Part shown: piece by piece, positions 47,143-56,409 of the stretch
Position numbering within the stretch: the first letter of the stretch is position 1
Layout of the letters: the number at the start of each line of letters is the position of its first letter
Origin: Pirellulales bacterium
Lineage (GTDB): Bacteria; Planctomycetota; Planctomycetia; Pirellulales; JALHPA01
DNA length: 64,000 nt
Reading direction: 5' to 3'
Assembly: GCA_033762255.1 (NCBI GenBank)
Contig: JANRLT010000009.1
Coordinates: 410-64,409 of the forward strand
Translations under genes and position numbers: made by a program
The notes under the pieces: generated by a model
What the model saw: the letters and a program-made list of their open reading frames with translations, nothing else
Told to the model about the DNA's origin: nothing
Databases searched by the model: none

Positions 47143-50100
47143 ATGCAAGCCCCACTTTGGCAGTTAATTCCGCGATTTGCCGACATGTTTGCGAACTTCT
47201 GCCCGCGACATTTTTGGACGTGGCTGGCGATTAGTCTCATCAGTGGGTGGCTGCCAATTTCTTCCCTGGCAGCGGAGGACCTGCCGCTGTGGATCTGGTC
47301 CCCCGCGCAGGACAACGAAATCCCGGCGGGAACGTGCTATTTTCGCAAGACTTTTGAGCTGGCTCAACCCGAAAGCGCGGATATTCAAATTACGGCGGAT
47401 AATGCCTATGAACTGTTTGTCAACGGCCGCTCCGTGGGCAAAGGGGACAAATGGCAACTGCTGGATACGTATGACATTTCCAAATATTTGATCAAAGGGC
47501 GCAACTGCGTGGCGGTCAAAGTGGAGAACACCGACACGCCCTCGGCCGGACTGGTCGCGCAAGTGCTCGTGAAGGAAGTGGGTGGAACCTTTGTCGCGTA
47601 TGCTAGCGATAAAACCTGGAAAACCTCGTTAAAGGAACAGGCCCAGTGGCAAAAAATTTTTACCGAGGATCGCGAATGGCTCCCCGCGCGCGAGCTAGGC
47701 CAGTTTGGCAAGACCAAGCCTTGGTTTGACGAGGTGCAACTGGCGGGTGGGGGCTTGGCCAGCCGCTTTCGCACACAACCGGACTTTGCTGTCGAACAAA
47801 TCCTGGCGGCGGAGCAGACCGGCTCGGTCATCACGCTGGCGTTTAACGAATTTGGCGAAATCCTCGTTAGCCGCGAAGGGGGAGGCCTGTTGATCGTGCG
47901 GGATAATGACCAGGATGGACGCCCGGAAACCGCAAAGAGCTACTGCGATCAAGTGCAAAATTGCCAGGGGATCTTGCCGCTCAATGGCCAAGTTTATGTG
48001 ATCGGCGGCGGGAGCGACGGGCCGGGCCTGTACCGTTTGACGGACGCCGACACCGATGGTCAGGCCGAAAAAGCCGACCTCTTACTCAAGTTCAAAGGGG
48101 AAATGGGGGAGCATGGGCCGCACGCCCTGACGCTGGGGCCGGATGGGCTGATTTATATCATGGTGGGGAATCATAGCTCGGCGGAAAAAGCGGTCGAACC
48201 AGGCAGCCCCTACCGACACTTCTATGAAGGGGACTTGCTACCCAAGTATGAGGACCCGCGCGGACATGGCGTGGGGATCAAGGCTCCTGGCGGTCATGTG
48301 CTGCGGACCGACACCGAGGCAAGTTTTTTAGAGATGTACGCCGGCGGTTTTCGCAATGCTTATGATCTCGCTTTTTTGCGCAATGGCGATCTGTTGACCT
48401 ATGATAGCGACATGGAATGGGACACTGGCACTCCCTGGTATCGGCCCACGCGGGTGCTGCAGGTTGTCCCTGGCGGCGAATATGGCTGGCGGAGCGGTTG
48501 GTCGGTCTGGCCCGAATACCAGTATGACTCCTTGCCCGCCGTGGCGGAGACCGGTCGCGGGTCCCCCACGGGGATGACCGTGTATGAACACCACATGTAT
48601 CCCCGCCGCTATCATAACGCGGTCTTTTTAGGGGATTGGGCGCGGGGGCGGATTGTCTGCCTGCGGCTCAAACCACACAACGGCAGTTATACAATTGAGG
48701 GAGAAACCTTTGTCGAAGGGCGCCCGCTAAACATCACCGACGTGGCTGTGGGACCGGACGGCTGGCTGTACTTTAGCACGGGGGGCCGCGCGACCGATGG
48801 GGGCGTCTATCGCGTGGTGTGGCAAGGTAAGGTCCCCCCCTCTGTTACCGACCTGGGAACCGGTCTGACCGCGGCCCTGCGCCAACCGCAACTCTCCAGT
48901 GCCTATGCCCGCCAGCAATGTGCGCTCATCCAACAACAGTTGGGCGAGGAATGGAACGCCAAACTGCCGGCGCTGGCGGGGAACGCCGCGGCTAAAGTGG
49001 ATGATCGGCTGCGCGCGCTCGAGCTTATGCAACTGCTGGGGCCGTTTCCCACGCCCGATTTGCTAGCCAAATTAACGGATGATTCCAGTGAGCGGATACG
49101 GGCAAAAACCGCCTTTTTACTGGGGATTCACGCCGATGAAACGCTCTTGCCGCGCTTGTTAAAGCTGTTGCGCGATAGCGATCCCGTGGTGCAGCGCACC
49201 GCCTGCGAGGCGCTCCTGCGCAGCGAAGCCCGTGTGCCCGCCAAGGAACTGATTCCCCTGCTCAATTCATCCGTGCCGCAAGTTGCCTGGCAGGCGACGC
49301 GCCTGCTAGAGTCCCTGCCGCCGGAGCAATGGCGGGGAGCGATCATGGAACACGCCACGCCGCGCGTTTACCTGCAGGGGGCTTTGGCCCTGGTTCGTGG
49401 GCATGCCAACCCGGCAAATTGCCAGGCGATCCTAGAAAAGAACTTAACGCTATTGCAAGGCTACCTGAGCGACGCGGACTTTTTAGCCTTGCTGCGGTTG
49501 ACAGAGTTGGCCTTGATTCATGGAAAATTATCCGGCGAAACTCTCCCCGGTTTGCGCATTAAACTGGCGGATGAGTATCCGACCAAGGACGCGCGCATGA
49601 ACCGGGAACTGGTGCGGTTGCTGGCGTTTCTGCGCGAACCGCGGGCCACAGAACTCTTTTTAGATCAGCTTCGCGGAGCTGCCCCCGCCGAGGAGAAACT
49701 GCATTTGGCCCTACATGCCCGTTTTCTCACCGAATGGACCACCAGCCAAAAACTAGAACTGCTGGCTTATTTGGAATACGCCCGCACCCTCGAAGGGGGG
49801 CATAGTTATGCAGGATATATCGAAAATGTGTCGCGGGATTTCTTTTTGAATCTGACGGCCGCCGAAAGGACGATGCTTTTGCGGGATGGAACCAAGTGGC
49901 CCGCCAGCGCGCTGTCGGTCCTGGCAAAACTTCCCCCCCAGCCAACTCCGGAGACCATCGAGCAAATCATCGCCTTGGATCGCCGCCTCCCAAGCGTGAC
50001 GGGTGAAGCAGCCAAAAAACTGGCCGTCGGCATCGTAGCGGTCCTGGGCCGTAGCGGTGACGCCGTTTCGCAAGAATACTTGCGGGAAGTTTACCAGCGG

Positions 50101-50973
50101 GACCCCGGCCGTCGCGGCTACATCGCCATGGCCCTGGCCCAACAACCCGCCGGCAAAAATTGGCCCATTTTGGTGCAATCCTTGACGGTCGTGGATGGTA
50201 TCTTCGCCCAAGAGGTCTTGGCTAAACTGGCCACGGTCAGCCAACGGCCCGATCAGCCCGAGGCCCTGCGGCAAGTAATCCTCCGTGGACTAAAGCTGGG
50301 CGAGGCGGGGGGCCGTCCGGCGATTCTCCTTTTAGAAAAATGGACCGGCGAAAAACTTGGTTCAACCAGCGATAAAGTCCTGCCCACGCTAGCGTTATGG
50401 CAAGCCTGGTTTAGCAAAAAATACCCCTTGGAGCCACCCCCCACGCTTCCCGTGGTGGACGCGCATGCCCGGTGGACGGCGGAGGAACTGCTCGTGTTTC
50501 TCAATAGCGCCGAAGCGGCTGCGGCCGATCCCGCGATCGGCGCTCAGGTGTTCGTCACCGCCAAATGCGCGGCGTGTCATCGGTTTGGAACAGTGGGTGA
50601 GGGGATCGGCCCGGATTTGAGTGCGGTGAGCCGCCGCTTTCATAATAAGGAGATCTTGGAATCGATCTTGCATCCATCGCAAGTCATTTCGGACCAATAT
50701 GCCAGTAAAACGCTGGAATTGACCGATGGGCGGACGGTGGCGGGACTGGTTGCTCCGCAGCCGGATGGTAGTGTCGTGGTGCTCACCAGCCAAGGTGAAA
50801 AAGTGACACTAGAAAAAACGCAAATTGCCGAGACCCTACCCAGCCGCGCTTCCGCCATGCCGGAAGGGCTGCTGAATGAATTGTCACTAGAGGAGATTGC
50901 GGCGCTCTTTGCCTATTTGCACCAGCCACAGGACCAACTGAGCAGCCGCCGGGGGGTGGCACCGGTAAAGTAG
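47143..50973 (+). CDS. PVC-type heme-binding CxxCH protein (paralogue of 38009-41194) with an extra N-terminal galactose-binding-like domain
   Basis: N-terminal CYFRKTFEL...ITADNAYELFVNGRSVG...RNCVAVKVEN. A dehydrogenase beta-propeller region, HEAT-like repeats, and C-terminal CAACHRFGTVGEGIGPDLSAV...SAMPEGL. Confidence 0.85.
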   Translation: MQAPLWQLIPRFADMFANFCPRHFWTWLAISLISGWLPISSLAAEDLPLWIWSPAQDNEIPAGTCYFRKTFELAQPESADIQITADNAYELFVNGRSVGKGDKWQLLDTYDISKYLIKGRNCVAVKVENTDTPSAGLVAQVLVKEVGGTFVAYASDKTWKTSLKEQAQWQKIFTEDREWLPARELGQFGKTKPWFDEVQLAGGGLASRFRTQPDFAVEQILAAEQTGSVITLAFNEFGEILVSREGGGLLIVRDNDQDGRPETAKSYCDQVQNCQGILPLNGQVYVIGGGSDGPGLYRLTDADTDGQAEKADLLLKFKGEMGEHGPHALTLGPDGLIYIMVGNHSSAEKAVEPGSPYRHFYEGDLLPKYEDPRGHGVGIKAPGGHVLRTDTEASFLEMYAGGFRNAYDLAFLRNGDLLTYDSDMEWDTGTPWYRPTRVLQVVPGGEYGWRSGWSVWPEYQYDSLPAVAETGRGSPTGMTVYEHHMYPRRYHNAVFLGDWARGRIVCLRLKPHNGSYTIEGETFVEGRPLNITDVAVGPDGWLYFSTGGRATDGGVYRVVWQGKVPPSVTDLGTGLTAALRQPQLSSAYARQQCALIQQQLGEEWNAKLPALAGNAAAKVDDRLRALELMQLLGPFPTPDLLAKLTDDSSERIRAKTAFLLGIHADETLLPRLLKLLRDSDPVVQRTACEALLRSEARVPAKELIPLLNSSVPQVAWQATRLLESLPPEQWRGAIMEHATPRVYLQGALALVRGHANPANCQAILEKNLTLLQGYLSDADFLALLRLTELALIHGKLSGETLPGLRIKLADEYPTKDARMNRELVRLLAFLREPRATELFLDQLRGAAPAEEKLHLALHARFLTEWTTSQKLELLAYLEYARTLEGGHSYAGYIENVSRDFFLNLTAAERTMLLRDGTKWPASALSVLAKLPPQPTPETIEQIIALDRRLPSVTGEAAKKLAVGIVAVLGRSGDAVSQEYLREVYQRDPGRRGYIAMALAQQPAGKNWPILVQSLTVVDGIFAQEVLAKLATVSQRPDQPEALRQVILRGLKLGEAGGRPAILLLEKWTGEKLGSTSDKVLPTLALWQAWFSKKYPLEPPPTLPVVDAHARWTAEELLVFLNSAEAAAADPAIGAQVFVTAKCAACHRFGTVGEGIGPDLSAVSRRFHNKEILESILHPSQVISDQYASKTLELTDGRTVAGLVAPQPDGSVVVLTSQGEKVTLEKTQIAETLPSRASAMPEGLLNELSLEEIAALFAYLHQPQDQLSSRRGVAPVK

Positions 50974-50995
50974 TTGGCGGATGCAAGAGACTGTG

Positions 50996-51091
50996 TAGCA
51001 GAATTCGCCAGAATTCCGACAAACCATGCAGCGGAATTCGCCAGAATTCCGGCCAAGTATCCTAGTAGCGGAATTCACCAGAATTCCGACA
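50996..51091. repeat. Three direct copies of a 22-nt palindromic unit GGAATTC-(G/A)CCA-GAATTCC spaced ~35 nt apart
   Basis: GAATTCGCCAGAATTCCGACA at 51001, GGAATTCGCCAGAATTCCGGCC at 51034 and GGAATTCACCAGAATTCCGACA at 51070. That is six GAATTC sites within 90 nt, located between convergent genes. Confidence 0.7.
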
Positions 51092-51142
51092 TATATCCTT
51101 TCCAACTAAAATATCTTCGGCTTAGCGTTCTTGCAAAAGCTG

Positions 51143-54100
51143 TTACTTGGCAACGTTGGAAGTTGGTTGCGGTATCTCCACAATATCCCCGGCCCCTTGC
51201 TTAAAGAATAACACCTCGACACGTCGATCATCGGGCGTTTCTTCCTCACCGTACGTGGGATACGCAGCCAAATAGCCATGCTGGCGGGCGTACTCCTGCA
51301 GGGCGGGGAGCCGTACGAAAAAATTCTTACGGCGAATCTCGGGATAGTCAGTGGTGTCGATCCGGCGAATTTCGCCCGCGGATAATTTGAGAAATACCGC
51401 GCCAAATAGTGTCTGTTGATTCTTGTCCAGTCCTAAATGGTGGTTGGGGATGGCATAGCACGGTTCAGGTTGGCTAAGGCCCCACTTGAGCGCGCGGCGC
51501 AAGAACTCGCCGCTATCGTTAATTTCAGCGGTATCAAGTATCGGCGGAAGTTCTCCCAAAGGAATTTCACGAGCCACAGCCGCATCCGCGCGAAAGGCCA
51601 AGGCGGTAATGGATTGATCAGTGTCATCGAAGGCCAAATTATAGAGTGGTATGGCAATGGAATATCCTTGCGTTGGAGCCCAATCTGAAACATGTCGACA
51701 AAGGTTGGGGTAGTCGAGTTTGGGAAAATCCGTGCGCAACACTGGAGAAAGTTTGTTTAAGTACGGATCAGAAGGAGGCGGAGCCAGGGGAGTGCTGGAT
51801 TCGCTGGCATGATCCGGTGATCCGATTATCTGTATCGAAGGATTAAGGTCAAACTCCGCAAATTTTTCATTTAATCTTTTAAGGTTTAGTAGGCGGATCG
51901 CATTTTCACCATTGAGTAAGATCGCCAATCCCTGGTTATGATTAAAAAAGTCAAGTTGAATTACACTTTTATTAACTGGCAATTTCCAAAGCAGCTCCAG
52001 ACGATCCCCCGCCACACCAAAAAAGTGGATGAATTTGTCAATCGTTCCCACCGCGATCAGTTGGCCATTACTGGTGCAAGCCACGGATGTAATTTTATCA
52101 CTGCTAATATCAAGATCGTGGAGAATCCGGCCATCGATCCCATCCACTAATAAAACATGCCCCTTTTGGGTTCCTGCCACCAAACGCCGGTAATCCGGCA
52201 ACCAACAGAGGGGTTCGATCGTGTCCGCTGCAACAGCGATCGTCCGCTGATGTTGCAGGTTTTCTTTGTTAAATATATGGATCCTCGAGCCGTGGCTGGC
52301 CGCAAGTCGGCTTCCCCCAATGCACATTTCATAAATTTCGCCCAAGAACTTGGGCGTGGTTCCGGCAATTGCGGTGGACCATTCACAAATGACCCGGGGA
52401 CCGTCGGCGGAAATTCTTTGAATCACGTCGGGACGATTGCCATTCTTCCCATCGCGCATCCAGGCCACATAACAACTACCGTCGCTGTCAGCCACAAAAG
52501 TGTTAAAATGATTGACGAGAAAATCCAGTGTCCAGGCATGATTTTGATTTGGAAAACGCGAGATGATGCCTTCGCCATACCAGATATCCTCCTGCTTTTG
52601 TGGCTGAAATACTCGAACTTTTGTCGCATGAAAACTTGCAGTGCAGAAAATTTCACGTGTTTTTCGCCCGGTTTGCCAATTCCAAGAGCTTAAGACGGAA
52701 TTTCCGTTGGTTTCACGCGGCGTTCGCAAGGTAATCAATTCTTGGCTGTCCGCCGCAACCGCAAACCGGCAAAGGAATTCCGGTTGATGCGCGAGCGCGT
52801 TCCAAGTCAGGTTGTTTTCTATCTGATAGATTTTAGTTTGCCGCTCTTGCGCCAGGGCCAAGCGATTTCCCACCGGGTCAATCGCCGTTTGCAAATGGGC
52901 ATCGCCGGATAAAAGTATTTGATTGACCATATCTTGGGCGGCCACGTCCCAAATTTTGCACCGCTGGTCACTTGACGAGGAAATGATGAAATTTGAGGAA
53001 TTCAAATATTTCAGCGATTCAAAGATATGTTCATGTGGTTTTGATCCAGTCGTTAGGTTTCGATCAACGAATGTCCCCAACAGGCCGCGTGTATGCGAGT
53101 CATAAACAGGCAGACTCCCGCCGTATCCTAACCCAATAGAGTAAATTTCGCCATTTGGGGGAATCGCGGGATAACTAACGATACGATTTTGTGGAATATA
53201 GAGGGTTTCGACCGCCAAGGTGTCGGGATCAACCATATACGCCCCCCGTTCGGTCCCCGCGATCAATTTGCCCCACCCCGGATGCCAGGCCAGCGGCAAG
53301 GTTTTGCCTATTAATTCATGACGGGTCAGGGCCGACTGGGTATTGATATCCCAAATGGCCAGTTCCCCGGGTTCGGCACCGCTCAGCAGTCGATCCGAGG
53401 ACGTTAAAAAAAGCGAGTTTACATTTTGACTATGCGCTAACCAACTTATCCTGGTCGCAGGATATACTGACAAATCCCATACATGAATCTGGCCGCTGCG
53501 TGCACCGGCAAATAACCGGTTTTTGACGGAATCAAATAACAGTGACCGAACGCCATCCGGCTTGCCGGAACGAGTTTGAAAATCAAAATCAATCGGAAAA
53601 GTGACGTCCCGCTTGGTCGGCGGTTGACTCGTCAGATCCCAAATTTGCACAGTAATTGCCAACCCCACATCCGTATGATTGGGCCCGATGGCCAGTTGAT
53701 TGCCGTCAGCGCTAAACGCCAAGCTATACGCCACCACCCCCTGGCCCACGGTCGCAATCTCGCGCATATCCGGTCGCAGGGACATTTCCGCAATTATGCT
53801 GCGCAGTTCCGTCGCCTTGCGATTGGGTACGTCCAGGTTGGCCGCCGCGTGCAGTTCCTGTTCGACGGGCTGGCTCCAGCCAAAGCTGCGCTCCTGCATT
53901 TGTTCCCGCGCCCGGCTAAGGTGAGTGTAATACTCTCCCGCTTTACGGGCCGCCGTTGCGTCATCCAGCCGATCTCGATACCACAGCCAACCCACAGTCG
54001 CGACATTGAGCACCAAGAAGGTAATCATGAGCGAAGCGGCCAGGACGGAATTTGCCAGACACCACCGCACCGCTTTTTCCGTCCAAGAGACCGGCCGCGC

Positions 54101-55297
54101 GGTAATGGGCCGACCCGCCAGATAAGAGTTTAGATCGTCCGCCAGGGCCGCCGCCGTGGCGTACCGTCGCGTGGGCTCGTGTTCCAGGCATTTATGGCAA
54201 ATCGTTTGCAAATCGCGCGAGACAGCGGGGTTTACCGTGCGCAGTGGTACAGGCTGCCCCTGCAACACCCGTCGGACCGTGTCAGGATCGTTCGCGCCTG
54301 CAAACGGGATCTCCCCCGCGCAAAGCTCGTATAACAGCACGCCCAGGGCATAGATATCGCTGGCAATGCCAATCTGGCGTATTTCACCGCGCATCTGTTC
54401 GGGTGACATATACGCGGGGGTCCCGAGGATGGTGCCGGTCCGGGTTTTTTGGTCGGCCTCGGTCAATTTGGCCAGGCCAAAGTCGGCCAGTTTGGGGACA
54501 AACTTCAAGTCCGTGGCGGGGATAGGGTCAGCCGAAAAACCGGCTGATTCACGATGCGGAGCCAGCAGCACATTGCTGGGTTTAATATCGCGGTGAATCA
54601 CTCCGCGCACATGGGCGTGTTGGACGCCATCGGCCAGTTGGGCAATGATTTGCGCCGCGACCCGGGGCGAACGATGTCTTTGGGATTTTGACCAATTCAC
54701 CAGCGATGGCCCGGCTACATATTCGGTAACGATAAAGCAAACCGGCAACGTCAAATCAACTTCGTAGACCGCGACGATGTTCGGGTGCGACAGGCTCCCC
54801 GCGGCCTGGGCCTCAAGTTCAAAGCGATTCCTCAGATTTTCATCCAAGAGGCTTTCTAGTCGCGGCACCTTAATTGCCACGTGCCGTTGGATTTGCCGAT
54901 CTTGGGCCAAATAGACAATCCCATGTCCGCCACGGCCTAATTCTCGTTCTATGACAAATCGGCCTAGCGTGCGAGGTTGGAAACTTAACAAGTCAGGGAG
55001 AATGTTTTGCGCGCGGGGGGTGTTCAGAGTTGGCCAGTCAGTCTCTTCCTCTGCAAGATAAGGTTCAGGGGGCGGGGAATTTACTGTCGCGGGGTGCCGC
55101 GTGGCCGATTGCCCAGCAGAGAGAGAATTTAAAGCTCGCAAAAGGACCGCGGTATGGGCTAATCGTTGGGCCAGTTCGGGATCGCAAGAGCGAAAGATCT
55201 CCTCCTCCGCCTCGGTTTTACCCCGGTGCAGACATTCATCCAGTTCCGCTAGTTTCTGGATGTAAAGATCATCTTTTTCAGGGTTGGTGGGGGCCAT
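51143..55297 (-). CDS. Ser/Thr protein kinase (1384 aa): kinase domain, TM helix, WD40-like beta-propellers, C-terminal triple-repeat domain of unknown function
   Basis: GRGGHGIVYLA...AIKVP, HRDIKPSNVLLA, DFGLAKL and YMSPEQ. TM helix VLAASLMITFLVLNVATVGWLW. Confidence 0.9.
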   Translation of the reverse strand: MAPTNPEKDDLYIQKLAELDECLHRGKTEAEEEIFRSCDPELAQRLAHTAVLLRALNSLSAGQSATRHPATVNSPPPEPYLAEEETDWPTLNTPRAQNILPDLLSFQPRTLGRFVIERELGRGGHGIVYLAQDRQIQRHVAIKVPRLESLLDENLRNRFELEAQAAGSLSHPNIVAVYEVDLTLPVCFIVTEYVAGPSLVNWSKSQRHRSPRVAAQIIAQLADGVQHAHVRGVIHRDIKPSNVLLAPHRESAGFSADPIPATDLKFVPKLADFGLAKLTEADQKTRTGTILGTPAYMSPEQMRGEIRQIGIASDIYALGVLLYELCAGEIPFAGANDPDTVRRVLQGQPVPLRTVNPAVSRDLQTICHKCLEHEPTRRYATAAALADDLNSYLAGRPITARPVSWTEKAVRWCLANSVLAASLMITFLVLNVATVGWLWYRDRLDDATAARKAGEYYTHLSRAREQMQERSFGWSQPVEQELHAAANLDVPNRKATELRSIIAEMSLRPDMREIATVGQGVVAYSLAFSADGNQLAIGPNHTDVGLAITVQIWDLTSQPPTKRDVTFPIDFDFQTRSGKPDGVRSLLFDSVKNRLFAGARSGQIHVWDLSVYPATRISWLAHSQNVNSLFLTSSDRLLSGAEPGELAIWDINTQSALTRHELIGKTLPLAWHPGWGKLIAGTERGAYMVDPDTLAVETLYIPQNRIVSYPAIPPNGEIYSIGLGYGGSLPVYDSHTRGLLGTFVDRNLTTGSKPHEHIFESLKYLNSSNFIISSSSDQRCKIWDVAAQDMVNQILLSGDAHLQTAIDPVGNRLALAQERQTKIYQIENNLTWNALAHQPEFLCRFAVAADSQELITLRTPRETNGNSVLSSWNWQTGRKTREIFCTASFHATKVRVFQPQKQEDIWYGEGIISRFPNQNHAWTLDFLVNHFNTFVADSDGSCYVAWMRDGKNGNRPDVIQRISADGPRVICEWSTAIAGTTPKFLGEIYEMCIGGSRLAASHGSRIHIFNKENLQHQRTIAVAADTIEPLCWLPDYRRLVAGTQKGHVLLVDGIDGRILHDLDISSDKITSVACTSNGQLIAVGTIDKFIHFFGVAGDRLELLWKLPVNKSVIQLDFFNHNQGLAILLNGENAIRLLNLKRLNEKFAEFDLNPSIQIIGSPDHASESSTPLAPPPSDPYLNKLSPVLRTDFPKLDYPNLCRHVSDWAPTQGYSIAIPLYNLAFDDTDQSITALAFRADAAVAREIPLGELPPILDTAEINDSGEFLRRALKWGLSQPEPCYAIPNHHLGLDKNQQTLFGAVFLKLSAGEIRRIDTTDYPEIRRKNFFVRLPALQEYARQHGYLAAYPTYGEEETPDDRRVEVLFFKQGAGDIVEIPQPTSNVAK

Positions 55298-55967
55298 GTA
55301 GTTTTGCCATCACCTGTTGCAATTTGTTGATTGCCCGCTCCCATAGTTTATGAACCGCATCGGGAGTTTTTTGCATTCTCCTGGCAATATCCGGAAATGG
55401 GAGATTTTCATGATAGCGTAAATTTAAGACAAGTTGATAGTCGGAAGGTAAGAGTTGTATGGCCGCGGTGATCGACTGATTCAGTTCGGTGGAAGATAAG
55501 ATCGCGCTGGGTGACGGGTCGTTGTGAGCTGGTTCGATGCTTTTAACGGTAGAGTCTGGGGAAGTCTCGAGGGTTTGTTCTTGACTAGGATTGCGTTTAT
55601 GGGTTTGAGTGTACCGCCGACGGGCATTCTGGGCATTGTGCAGGAGGATTTTTTTCAGCCAACTTAAAAGTTCGCCAGGCTCCGACCCTTGAAAGTCAGA
55701 AAAGTCAACGTGTGCTTCGATCAGCGTATCTTGCACTAAGTCGGAAGGGGCTACTTTCGCGTTGAGTTCAGGGGGTATTTCATGATTGGCAATCAACCAC
55801 AAATAGTTTTTTATCTGGTCAAAAAGTTCGTTTTTGGCCCCGAGATCCCCCGCCTGAGCGGCTACAAGTAAAGAACCCAAAGCCGACGTTGAGATGAACC
55901 CTGAGTCCGCTTCGTTAGCCGACAAATCATCTCTGCCCATAGGAGATTCACATGGAGTTAAATTCAA
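55278..55967 (-). CDS. ECF-type sigma-70 family sigma factor; its 3' end overlaps the kinase start by 20 nt
   Basis: Region 2 DLVQDTLIEAHVDFSDF. Region 4 LPSDYQLVLNLRYHENLPFPDIARRMQKTPDAVHKLWERAINKL. Confidence 0.8.
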   Translation of the reverse strand: MNLTPCESPMGRDDLSANEADSGFISTSALGSLLVAAQAGDLGAKNELFDQIKNYLWLIANHEIPPELNAKVAPSDLVQDTLIEAHVDFSDFQGSEPGELLSWLKKILLHNAQNARRRYTQTHKRNPSQEQTLETSPDSTVKSIEPAHNDPSPSAILSSTELNQSITAAIQLLPSDYQLVLNLRYHENLPFPDIARRMQKTPDAVHKLWERAINKLQQVMAKLHGPHQP

Positions 55968-56409
55968 CTACCGCTTCCCACCCAGATGGGGGGTAGCTCG
56001 AATTTTAACTGCGAAATGCCGCGCCAGCTATAAGTTTAAGAAAAATTTGACGCCAGCGATAATACGAGTGTCGGGTGCCTGCCCCAGCACCCGCTCACTC
56101 GCGCAATAGATAAATTTACGTGGTAGACTGGCCAAATAACTGGCAAATGTTAGTCTTTGATGAGACAGGTCAAACAGGCTTATAAACTATTTCCTCCACT
56201 ACTATTAAAGGCACCAAATTTTTCAAAAATGGACGGGAATTCTTTGAAAAAATCCTAAAATTCCCAATTAATTCAAAAACGCACGGTGATAGCTAACACA
56301 ATCAAAATGTTTTTGCGGTTCTCTGACCGGTTTGTTTGGTAAAGGGCGAAACCTTACGATAAAACCGTAGTAATCTTACCTGATCAATCACTTTATTGAT
56401 AAAAAACTT

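Noticed and set aside
50996-51091. CRISPR array interpretation of the three direct repeats
   Set aside because: There are only three units, the spacers of 12-14 nt are far too short, and there are no cas genes in the window.
50887-51204. Small ORFs (72, 76 and 79 aa) across the GAATTC palindrome array
   Set aside because: The repeated peptide words (EFARIP, NSGEF) simply mirror the DNA repeat in different frames.
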